Origin: Candidatus Zixiibacteriota bacterium
GTDB lineage: Bacteria; Zixibacteria; MSB-5A5; UBA10806; 4484-95
Length of the DNA stretch: 18,649 nucleotides
NCBI GenBank assembly: GCA_029932605.1
Contig: JAOZPT010000050.1
Span: forward strand, 1 to 18,649
Reading direction: 5' to 3'
In this document: positions 1 to 7,920 of the stretch, in pieces
Layout: every line of letters begins with the position of its first letter
Numbering within the stretch: the stretch's first letter is position 1
Position numbers and translations under genes: made by a program
Notes under the pieces: generated by a model
What the model was told of the DNA's origin: nothing
Database searches by the model: none
Seen by the model: the letters and a program-made list of their open reading frames with translations, nothing else

Positions 1-92
1 GCTAAGAAAAGAGGGAGAATCAGACGGGTGGAGAACGGGTCTGGAAAGATGTGAATTGGGCGCAAGCCCTTTGAAAATAAGGGGAAATAGAA

Positions 93-131
93 AACCCGTC
101 GTCCCGGAGAAGACCTGCGGAGAGACGGGTT
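93..131 (-). terminator. Probable intrinsic terminator downstream of ssrA, possibly bidirectional
   Basis: Perfect 8-bp arms AACCCGTC (93-100) and GACGGGTT (124-131) with imperfect inner pairing. On the minus strand it runs into TTTTCTATTT; on the plus strand it is followed by GTCTTTTTT. It begins 14 nt after the tmRNA CCA end. Confidence 0.6.
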
Positions 132-144
132 GTCTTTTTTCAAA

Positions 145-504
145 TGGTGGAGGCGGGGGGAATCGAACCCCCGTCCGGATTTACCCAATAGGGGTCGTCT
201 ACGTGTGTAGGTTTTCTTTTAATCCCGCTGGATAAGACGCCGAAAACCGGGCTTCCTACCCAGCCGGCCTTATATCAAAATCTCACGGTTTCGGGCTAAG
301 GCATACCCTCCATCGCCAGCTTCCCTGATCGACATCCAGAGCAAAGCCGGAAAGCAAACCTTGCTTGGATGAGCCACCTTTAATTAGGCGGCCAGGGCAT
401 ACGAATAATCGTTGCCACTTAGTTGTTTGTCCCGTTTTTAACGATGTCCGGGGCATCGGCACGCAGACCCGAACAAAATAAACCCGTCGAAACCTATCGC
501 CCCC
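145..504 (-). ncRNA. ssrA: tmRNA (transfer-messenger RNA), 360 nt
   Basis: Minus strand starts GGGGGCGATAGGTTTCGACGGG and ends GGACGGGGGTTCGATTCCCCCCGCCTCCACCA. Acceptor stem GGGGGCG/CGCCTCC has the G3-U Ala identity pair. T-arm GGGGG-TTCGATT-CCCCC, encoded CCA, helix 2 pairings (486-476 with 186-176; GGGUC/GACCC; UGCGUG/CACGUA) and an internal tag ORF ending YALAA*. Confidence 0.98.
384..416 (-). other. tmRNA proteolysis tag reading frame (A)GNDYSYALAA*
   Basis: GGC AAC GAT TAT TCG TAT GCC CTG GCC GCC TAA, preceded by ACAACTAAGT, an A/U-rich context typical of resume codons. Confidence 0.9.
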
Positions 505-511
505 ATGTAAA

Positions 512-523
512 TTTTCAAAGAAC
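512..523 (-). promoter_or_regulatory. boxA-like Nus-factor antitermination element in the ssrA leader
   Basis: GTTCTTTGAAAA lies between the predicted start site (~525) and the mature 5' end (504). It resembles the rrn boxA consensus GYTCTTTRAMA. Confidence 0.6.
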
Positions 524-531
524 TCTTTAAT

Positions 532-560
532 ATTATAACTATCGACTTCCTTTCAGTCAA
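532..560 (-). promoter_or_regulatory. sigma70 promoter of ssrA
   Basis: TTGACT (560-555), 17-bp spacer, TATAAT (537-532), with AT-rich DNA upstream. Confidence 0.85.
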
Positions 561-684
561 CACTAGATACTTTAACTTTATATCTTACAAAAAGTTTCAT
601 TTATTATCATTTAAAAAAATAGCTACTTTCATAAATTTTATCTTCATGCTGGTGTTTAATCAAGAGAAAAAGTTAAATGTTATG

Positions 685-1359
685 TTAAAATGTCTTCAGC
701 GACTTAATCGCTTTTGCATAATCCCCCGAGCGAAAAATGTAATCTCCTGCAACTAATATATCAGCTCCAGCTTTCAGGCATTTTGGCCCGGTAACATCAT
801 TAATGCCACCATCCACCTCAATTGCACACTTATAGTTATGATTCTTGATTATGTTTTTGGCAAGTCTGATTTTCTCGAGTGTTCTTTGTATAAATTTTTG
901 TCCTCCAAAACCAGGATTTACACTCATCAACAATAAAAGGTCGATATCCTCCAGGATTTCGTTCACCATAAAGATTGGCGTATGCGGGTTCAAGCTAACT
1001 CCCGCTTTAACTCCGAGATTTTTTATGGCATAGATATTCCGGTGCAGATGTGTACATGCCTCTACATGGACTGTGATGTAATCCGCACCGGCCTCGACAA
1101 ATCTGGGAATATACAATTCAGGGTTGGTTATCATAAGATGAACATCAAGGGGAAGGTTGGTAATTTTACGAACTGTTTCCACCAATCCCGGGCCGAAAGT
1201 TATATTAGGCACAAAATGTCCATCCATTACATCCAGATGGATAAGGTCAGCACCAGCCTTATCGATTTTATCTATCTCATCAGCTAATTGGCTAAAATCC
1301 GCTGATAATATCGATGGCGCAATCATAACTTTCAGTGAAACATCATCATTACTTGTCAT
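685..1359 (-). CDS. rpe: Ribulose-phosphate 3-epimerase
   Basis: Motifs IAPSILSADF, HLDVMDGHFVPNITFG, DVHLM, MSVNPGFGGQKF, IEVDGGI. SD GGAG upstream of the ATG. Confidence 0.97.
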   Translation of the reverse strand: MTSNDDVSLKVMIAPSILSADFSQLADEIDKIDKAGADLIHLDVMDGHFVPNITFGPGLVETVRKITNLPLDVHLMITNPELYIPRFVEAGADYITVHVEACTHLHRNIYAIKNLGVKAGVSLNPHTPIFMVNEILEDIDLLLLMSVNPGFGGQKFIQRTLEKIRLAKNIIKNHNYKCAIEVDGGINDVTGPKCLKAGADILVAGDYIFRSGDYAKAIKSLKTF

Positions 1360-1362
1360 AAC

Positions 1363-2103
1363 TCACTCCGGCTGTGAAATGGTTAAATTTATTACAGTCC
1401 ATTTCTGGACTTGGGAGTTAGGGGCAATGGATTGGAATAGCACTGTCTCGGGAAGCATACGGTCGTCAACTTTGTAGCTTATTTCACCTATTAAAAGGTT
1501 GTTTTCTTCAGCTAAAACCATAGCCTCAGAAAGGTCGAGGCCGACAAAATCGGGCACGTTTACTAAAACATCAGTCTGACGCCTGTTTATTACCAATAAA
1601 ACCTCAGCGTTTAACCTCATTACTGTACCCTCGGCCGGGCGTGATTCAATAATTACACCGTCTGGTAATATTTCATCGTTATACCACAAAATATCACCCA
1701 TTGCCAGCCCCTCTTTTTCGAGCATAAACTTTGCCTCTCTCAAAGTTACACCTCGAAGGTTAGGCACCACCGCCGAGGCAGAACCCTTGGATACGGTAAC
1801 ACGGATACTCATTCCTTTTTTGACGGAAGCCCCCGCTTCGGGCACTTGCGAGATAATTGTTCCCTTAGGATAATCAGAACTGAATTCCTCCTGTGTTACT
1901 GCCAATTTCAAACCGTTTTCCTTCAATTTTACCTTGGCCGATTTCAATGACATGTCGGTTATATAAGGCACAAAACACTCATCACCGTGATGAACAATCA
2001 TCGGCATTACAACTGTATCCATTAAAACTGATAGTAACAACAAACCTCCGATAAATACTGCTAATGATATCAGAAAGTTCTTCCATTCCTTAAAAAATCT
2101 CAT
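1363..2103 (-). CDS. Membrane-anchored PASTA-domain protein (3 PASTA repeats, no kinase domain)
   Basis: One N-terminal TM helix, then repeats starting VPYITDMSL, VPNLRGVTL and VPDFVGLDL, with G.IISQ.P..G-type motifs. ATG at 2103 is 7 nt from GGAG; the ORF track instead uses TTG at 2106. Confidence 0.9.
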   Translation of the reverse strand: MRFFKEWKNFLISLAVFIGGLLLLSVLMDTVVMPMIVHHGDECFVPYITDMSLKSAKVKLKENGLKLAVTQEEFSSDYPKGTIISQVPEAGASVKKGMSIRVTVSKGSASAVVPNLRGVTLREAKFMLEKEGLAMGDILWYNDEILPDGVIIESRPAEGTVMRLNAEVLLVINRRQTDVLVNVPDFVGLDLSEAMVLAEENNLLIGEISYKVDDRMLPETVLFQSIAPNSQVQKWTVINLTISQPE

Positions 2104-2132
2104 CAATCTTCTCCTATACTCAACAGAACAAG

Positions 2133-3449
2133 TTAAACCTTTTCTATCACTGCAACAAAGACTCCATCACATGAATGTCTATGAGGAACAGTTTCATATA
2201 TCCCTTTCTCTGTCCTGAATTCATCATACCCTTTAAAATCTCCTAAACAGAAATTCTTGTTTTGTTTCAAAAAATCAATCACAACTTCCCTGTTTTCTTC
2301 GGGTTCAAAACTACATGTTGAGTAGACCAATCTCCCTTTACGTTCAAGCTTATCTGCAACTGCTCTTATTAACCTTTTCTGTGTATCTGCCAACCTCTTA
2401 ATATCTTCTTTTTTCAAATTCCAACGCAGGTCAGGATTTCGTCTCAGCACCCCGGTACCGCTACAAGGGACATCGGCTAAAATATATTTAAATTTTTTCC
2501 CGCTTGCAAATCTTAATCCATCACTGCAAAAAACATAAATGTTATCGAGATGCCACCGTTTTATGTTACAAATTAAAACTCTCAACCGTTCCAATGAAAT
2601 ATCAGTAGCGATAACAGATCCCCTACGTCCTACCGCATTAGCCAGAGCGGCAGTTTTACCACCTGGAGAAGAGAATATATCCAGAACAGTCTCACCAGTA
2701 GGGACCGCCAGAAGTGCTGGCGCCAACCTCTGAGCCGGGTCACCAATAACGATATTTCCATTCAGGAAAATTTCTGACCTTAACAATTGATGAGGATCAT
2801 AGCAATTGTAATACCCTTCAAACAGTTCATTTTTTCGATAACGAATATTCAAATCGTTTAACCTGTTTTCGATATCCTGCTGGGTTGCGATATATTCATT
2901 CACGAAAAAACACGTATCCGGGGGAGCATTTCCAAACCGCAGAATTTTCTCAGTCTCATCGAAACCTAACCTGTTAACGTATCTTCTCACCAACCAGTCT
3001 GGATAAGAATAATTAATTCCCAGAAATCTAATCGGAGCACTCTTTTTATCTGGCAATCTAATTTTTTGTGGATTCCTGATATAATTCCTAAGCACTGCAT
3101 TGATAAAGCCAGCATCCTTGATCGAGCAGAACTCTCGTGTAAGCTCAACAGCTTCAGAAACGACAGCATAATCGGGGATATTACGAGTTTGAATCAACTG
3201 GTATAATCCAAGACGAATTATCAATCTTAGTTCTATTTTTAATGATTGCGAAGGGAAATATGCTTTAGCATAGTAATCGAGCTTGCGCTTAAATTTTATT
3301 ACACCGAAAAACAATTCCCGGGTAAACGAAGCATCTTCAGGTTTTAACTTATCGTTGATAAAATCTGCTATTATAGAATGAGGGTCTCTCCTTGTTTTCT
3401 CCCACTGCAGGAGCGACTTAAAAGCGATTATTCTAGCAGATGACGGCAT
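2133..3449 (-). CDS. rsmB: 16S rRNA m5C967 methyltransferase RsmB/Sun
   Basis: N-terminal NusB-like domain (LIIRLGLYQL...AGFINAVLR), YSYPDWLV, PGGKT, DVPCSGTG and LVYSTCS with both catalytic Cys. Start placed at ATG 3449, 1 nt after the upstream TAG, rather than at 3485. Confidence 0.9.
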   Translation of the reverse strand: MPSSARIIAFKSLLQWEKTRRDPHSIIADFINDKLKPEDASFTRELFFGVIKFKRKLDYYAKAYFPSQSLKIELRLIIRLGLYQLIQTRNIPDYAVVSEAVELTREFCSIKDAGFINAVLRNYIRNPQKIRLPDKKSAPIRFLGINYSYPDWLVRRYVNRLGFDETEKILRFGNAPPDTCFFVNEYIATQQDIENRLNDLNIRYRKNELFEGYYNCYDPHQLLRSEIFLNGNIVIGDPAQRLAPALLAVPTGETVLDIFSSPGGKTAALANAVGRRGSVIATDISLERLRVLICNIKRWHLDNIYVFCSDGLRFASGKKFKYILADVPCSGTGVLRRNPDLRWNLKKEDIKRLADTQKRLIRAVADKLERKGRLVYSTCSFEPEENREVVIDFLKQNKNFCLGDFKGYDEFRTEKGIYETVPHRHSCDGVFVAVIEKV

Positions 3450-3450
3450 C

Positions 3451-5994
3451 CTAAATAATGTCAAGCGGTTCGACCTTGTGCACACCCTGGAGTAGAAATT
3501 GGCCGGTACGTTCGTATATCAACGGTAAAGCCTGCGCAGGTGAAATCCCCAGACCGAATATCAAAACCTCGCTTGGCCTGATATAACCTCCTGGTGTAAA
3601 TCCTAAAACCATCTCAAAAACACCATCTTTATAAACCAAATCATACAGAAACTGTCCCACTGATAGTTCAATTGTTTCTTTGTTTTTTATTCTGGTAACC
3701 GAAATTTTCTTGCTTTCAAGAAGACTATCAATCCGGTCTTGTAAATCTTTATTGACATTACTTATCTTTACCCGATAAGAAGCGCAATTGATCATTTTGG
3801 TCAATGATTCGGTTTTCGATAAAATCACTTTTGAAGCAGTAACCCGCATACCCGGGGGAAGATTTTCATCCAGATTAACAAGATGTTTTTTTTCAAACGG
3901 AGAATCGAACTGTAAATCAAGATACTCCGCCTTTGATACATAACCCACTGCCAGGGGAGGTCCAAATGATAACTTCATATGTGGATGAAATCCCTGGCTG
4001 AAGCTAATCGGTAAACCTGCTCGTCTTATAGCTCGATGAAATGCTCTTATGATATCAAGATGTGAATAAAAACGCAGTCTCTCATCACGGGAATATTTTA
4101 TCCTGATTCTAGACCATGGAGGGGTTACAGTTACCGTTGTTCTTTTCTTTTGATAGCGTCCGAAACCAGCTACAACCTTGACATTGCTTTTGTCCTCGAT
4201 ACTTTTAACCCCCAAAGGGGGCTCTCCTTTAAAAGACCTCTGCCTTTCATCAAGCAAAAACCTTCTCGGGATACCTTTTTGGATATGTTCCCAAGGTAGG
4301 ATATCAAGGGTAGACCTAGCCTGCAATAGATCATTTATATTATAGCCGTTATTTGCGAAAGCGTTTTCCCAGGTACCAAATGAGAAATGCTCACTCCAGC
4401 CATCAAGGCGAGCTCCATTATTATATGCACTGACAATCACGTTTGCCATTTGCCTGTTGCCCCTACCAAGTATTCCCTCGATTACTGACAAGTGGATATC
4501 ATGAAACTTCAAAGAAACATTTCGAACCCTCAAACCCAAAGATAATTTTTTATAAATCTCCGAAATCCGGTCAATGCCGATCTGCTCCTCCCACTGCCAG
4601 GGAGTGCCTGGTTTGGGGCAAAACGGCGAAATGGTGACATTGATATTTTTTTTACCACCAATTGTTCTTGCCAGACGAGATACTTCCTTGACCGTCTCGA
4701 TTATTCCCTGAATATCATCATCGTTTTCCGTTGGTAATCCAACCATGAAATACAGTTTCACCTTCATCCAACCGCTCTGGAAAACAGATTTTACTCCTTC
4801 TATTATCTCTTCAGAAGTGATGTTTTTACCCATGATATTCCTTAACCGTTGAGTGCCAGCCTCGGGTGCAAAGGTGATGCCGGTCTTACGTTGGCTTTTA
4901 AGATACTCTAACATGCGCTGGGAAAGAGAGCCTGGCCGCAGGGATGGTAAAGATAAAGACAGTCGATTTTTCCGAAAAAATGGCATAACCCTTTCGATGA
5001 CCTCACCCAGAACAGGATAATCGGTTGAGGAAAGCGACTGAAGAGTAATATCCTCATAGCCGGTGGTTCTATAACCATCCTGAATAAGTTTATATATCTC
5101 GTTTGGTTTTCGGCACCTTCGGGGTCGATATTGATAACCCGCCTGACAGAACCGACAGCCAGAAACACAACCACGCATGATCTCCACCGAAAGGCGATCA
5201 TGGGTGATACCGATAAAAGGTACCAACGGCTTTGAAGGGTAATATTCTGGTTTAAGATTCAGACATGAGCGAACCTTAATTTTCTCAGGAACATCAGGCT
5301 TTATCGGCGTGATGGATTTAAACTTGCGGTTCTTGTATTCATCTTTATAAAACGATGGAACATATATCCCCTTGATTTTGGTTAAATGACGTAATTTTTC
5401 CTCTTTTGATACCTCACGATCTTTTATTAACGAATCTATAATTTCATCCATTGCCTCCTCGGCATCACCAATAAATATAGCGTCAAAAAATTCCGCTAAT
5501 GGTTCAGGATTTAAGACCGCCGGACCACCAGCGATAATAAGCGGATACCTTTCATCACGGTCTATCGATTTAAACGGTATGCTGGCAAGGTTGAGAATAT
5601 TAAGTATGCCAGGTGCATGCATTTCATAAGCTACGGAAAAACCGATAACGTCGAACTCGGTCAAGGGGGTAGAGGTTTCCAGCGAGAAGATGGGAATGTT
5701 CAACAGGCGAAGACGATTTTCCATATCGGGCCAGACCTGAAATACCCGTTCTGCCAAACAGTCATCCCGTTTATTAATCAAATGGTATAGTATTTTAAGA
5801 CCGAGGTAGCTCATACCTATCTCGTATATATCGGGAAAAGCAAGGACTATTTTCAACCTTCCAACACGATCCTTTACAATCGCATTCAATTCATTTCCGA
5901 CATACCTACCCGATTTAGAGACAAACGGTAGAACCTCTTTTTCAAGTCTTTTCCAGAGAGGATTCTTATATGCAAAATTATCGCTTTTGGCCAC
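3451..5994 (-). CDS. TIGR03960-type B12-binding radical SAM protein fused to a C-terminal TIGR03936/DUF2344 domain
   Basis: RYVGNELN, FPDIYEIGMSYLG, AGGP..LNPEP, EIMRGCVSGCRFCQAG (CxxxCxxC at 5169-5146), TFAPEAGTQRLR, KLYFMVGLP. C-terminal SHLD..RA.RRAGLP..FSQGFHPH.KLSFG motif (~4110-3451). GTG start with GAGG SD. Confidence 0.9.
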   Translation of the reverse strand: MAKSDNFAYKNPLWKRLEKEVLPFVSKSGRYVGNELNAIVKDRVGRLKIVLAFPDIYEIGMSYLGLKILYHLINKRDDCLAERVFQVWPDMENRLRLLNIPIFSLETSTPLTEFDVIGFSVAYEMHAPGILNILNLASIPFKSIDRDERYPLIIAGGPAVLNPEPLAEFFDAIFIGDAEEAMDEIIDSLIKDREVSKEEKLRHLTKIKGIYVPSFYKDEYKNRKFKSITPIKPDVPEKIKVRSCLNLKPEYYPSKPLVPFIGITHDRLSVEIMRGCVSGCRFCQAGYQYRPRRCRKPNEIYKLIQDGYRTTGYEDITLQSLSSTDYPVLGEVIERVMPFFRKNRLSLSLPSLRPGSLSQRMLEYLKSQRKTGITFAPEAGTQRLRNIMGKNITSEEIIEGVKSVFQSGWMKVKLYFMVGLPTENDDDIQGIIETVKEVSRLARTIGGKKNINVTISPFCPKPGTPWQWEEQIGIDRISEIYKKLSLGLRVRNVSLKFHDIHLSVIEGILGRGNRQMANVIVSAYNNGARLDGWSEHFSFGTWENAFANNGYNINDLLQARSTLDILPWEHIQKGIPRRFLLDERQRSFKGEPPLGVKSIEDKSNVKVVAGFGRYQKKRTTVTVTPPWSRIRIKYSRDERLRFYSHLDIIRAFHRAIRRAGLPISFSQGFHPHMKLSFGPPLAVGYVSKAEYLDLQFDSPFEKKHLVNLDENLPPGMRVTASKVILSKTESLTKMINCASYRVKISNVNKDLQDRIDSLLESKKISVTRIKNKETIELSVGQFLYDLVYKDGVFEMVLGFTPGGYIRPSEVLIFGLGISPAQALPLIYERTGQFLLQGVHKVEPLDII

Positions 5995-6035
5995 TGCAAC
6001 CTCTAAAATCCATTATACAATTATGCGTCTAAGAC

Positions 6036-6064
6036 AAAATAGGCCGAACCTTAAATACTGTCAA
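6036..6064 (-). promoter_or_regulatory. Putative sigma70 promoter of the radical SAM-rsmB-PASTA-rpe operon
   Basis: TTGACA (6064-6059), 17-bp spacer, TATTTT (6041-6036). An additional TATAAT at 6017-6012 lacks a good -35. Confidence 0.55.
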
Positions 6065-6128
6065 ACAGAAAACAGTATGTTTAATCCTTACAATGTAATT
6101 CACCCTTAAATTACACTTATCAATTTTC

Positions 6129-6157
6129 TTGACATAATGAAGAATTAAATACATTTT
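6129..6157 (+). promoter_or_regulatory. Putative sigma70 promoter of the ABC-Nudix-ABC-suhB operon
   Basis: TTGACA at 6129-6134. The -10 is either TACATT (6150-6155, 15-bp spacer) or CATTTT (6152-6157, 17-bp spacer); both are imperfect. Confidence 0.4.
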
Positions 6158-6180
6158 GAAACTTTATGTTTGGCTGATTT

Positions 6181-7920
6181 ATGAAAAAAGAAGCATCTGG
6201 AATAATAAAGAGCTACATCTTACGACACAAACGCGCCTGGGTTCAGGGAATACCGGCAGTGATATTAACTACCATTTTCACGATGGCGGTCCCCTGGATA
6301 CTCCGGCATGTCATAAATATTCTCAAGGGTGATGGCTCTACCAAGAAGCTTATTCTTTATGCAGGTGCCATAATTGCGGCAACCATCATTCAAGGAATAT
6401 TCCGTTATATGATGCGCCAGACAATGATAGTTGCCTCCTGGGATATTGAATATGAAATACGGAATGATCTGTTCAGCCACTTACTCAAACTCGATCGTCG
6501 ATACTTTGACAGCACCCCCACTGGCGATATAATGGCACGCATTACCAACGACCTTGAATCGGTTAGAGCTATGGTTGGTCCGGGGATAATGCATTTTATC
6601 TTCACAGCTTTCACATTCTTAACAGCTATGGTTTTAATGCTCGTTATCAATCTAAAACTCACGTTGATAGCCTTACTTCCCCTGCCGTTAATAACCGGAT
6701 TCACCTACCTTATTAGCAAGGAAGTGCATAATAAATATTCAAAGATCCAGGAACATTTTTCAAAAATAACCGCCGAGGTTCAGGAAAATCTCTCGGGTAT
6801 CCGGGTCATCAAAGCATACGTCCAGGAAGGAAATGCAGTGAAACGATTCGGGCGCTTGAGCCAAGAATATATTCGTAAGAACATGAACATGATCCGCATC
6901 TGGGGACTATTTTTCCCGGTTATACTTGGCTTTACTGGGATTGCCATAATGCTGGTGTTATGGATAGGCGGTAACATGGTAATAAACAACGTGATTACAT
7001 TGGGTGACTTAGTGGCCTTTACCGCTTATTTAATGCTTTTGACATGGCCCATGGCTGCCCTTGGCTGGGTCATAGGTTTATACCAGCGGGGAATGGCCTC
7101 GATGAAAAGGATTGCCCAGATTTTTAACACCAAACCGGTCATAATTTCACCACCATCTGGAGGAATTAAAAAAGAGATCCAGGGCAAGATAGAATTCAAA
7201 AAATTAAGATTCTCATACAACGGCAATTATGTATTAAACGATATCAACCTCACTATTCAACCGGGTCAAACAGTGGCAATCCTGGGACACACAGGTTGCG
7301 GCAAATCAAGCCTAATCTCACTTATCCCACGACTATATCAAGTTAAAAGTGAAATGCTCTACATCGACGATATTGACGTCAATGATTATAATCTTGAGTG
7401 TTTACGCTCCCAAATTGGCCTTGTTGCTCAGGAAACGTTCTTATTTTCCCGGTCAATCGAGAGCAATATCGCCTTTGGTGACAAAGTAAGCGAGGGAACA
7501 ATCAAGCAGACTGCATCGATTGCGGCTATTGACGAGGATATAGGAGCTTTCCCCTCCGGTTACAACACGATTTTAGGTGAGCGCGGTATAACTCTCTCTG
7601 GCGGTCAAAAACAACGCACAGCCTTAGCCCGCGCCCTGGCCATAAAACCCAAAATCCTTATCCTCGATGATGCTTTTTCCTCTGTGGACACCTCAACTGA
7701 GGAAAACATATTGAAAAACCTCAAACAGGTCTTTTCCAAATGCACAACTCTTATAATCTCCCATCGCATCTCCTCAATTAAAAACTCTGACTTTATCGTT
7801 GTCTTAAAAAATGGACAGATAGCTGAGACTGGCACCCATGATGAACTCATAACCGCTGGCGGGCTATATACATTATTATACAAACGACAACTTTTAAAAC
7901 AAGAGCTGGAAACACTATGA
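6181..7920 (+). CDS. ABC exporter half-transporter (TMD+NBD), MdlA/BmrC-like subunit with degenerate Walker B
   Basis: TM domain, TGDIMARITNDL, Walker A GHTGCGKS, signature LSGGQKQR, Walker B ILILDD (catalytic E replaced by D), ISHR. Confidence 0.93.
   Translation: MKKEASGIIKSYILRHKRAWVQGIPAVILTTIFTMAVPWILRHVINILKGDGSTKKLILYAGAIIAATIIQGIFRYMMRQTMIVASWDIEYEIRNDLFSHLLKLDRRYFDSTPTGDIMARITNDLESVRAMVGPGIMHFIFTAFTFLTAMVLMLVINLKLTLIALLPLPLITGFTYLISKEVHNKYSKIQEHFSKITAEVQENLSGIRVIKAYVQEGNAVKRFGRLSQEYIRKNMNMIRIWGLFFPVILGFTGIAIMLVLWIGGNMVINNVITLGDLVAFTAYLMLLTWPMAALGWVIGLYQRGMASMKRIAQIFNTKPVIISPPSGGIKKEIQGKIEFKKLRFSYNGNYVLNDINLTIQPGQTVAILGHTGCGKSSLISLIPRLYQVKSEMLYIDDIDVNDYNLECLRSQIGLVAQETFLFSRSIESNIAFGDKVSEGTIKQTASIAAIDEDIGAFPSGYNTILGERGITLSGGQKQRTALARALAIKPKILILDDAFSSVDTSTEENILKNLKQVFSKCTTLIISHRISSIKNSDFIVVLKNGQIAETGTHDELITAGGLYTLLYKRQLLKQELETL

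Noticed and set aside
66..77. GCCCTTTGAAAA as a second boxA on the plus strand
   Set aside because: Mismatch in the core, antisense to ssrA, no visible promoter; better explained as part of the 67-83 dyad.
145..180. tRNA gene suggested by the T-arm and CCA end
   Set aside because: The matching acceptor 5' strand is about 350 nt away and a tag ORF lies between, so it is tmRNA.
845..1477. Plus-strand ORFs 845-1033, 982-1287 and 1157-1477
   Set aside because: Antisense shadows of rpe and the PASTA gene with no recognisable motifs.
3450..3485. ORF-track N-terminal extension of RsmB (MCTRSNRLTLFR)
   Set aside because: It overlaps the upstream gene. ATG 3449 directly after the stop gives a typical RsmB start.
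6151..6162. ACATTTTGAAAC as a boxA for the suhB-containing operon
   Set aside because: Only 7/12 match, lacks the TCTTT core and overlaps the probable -10.
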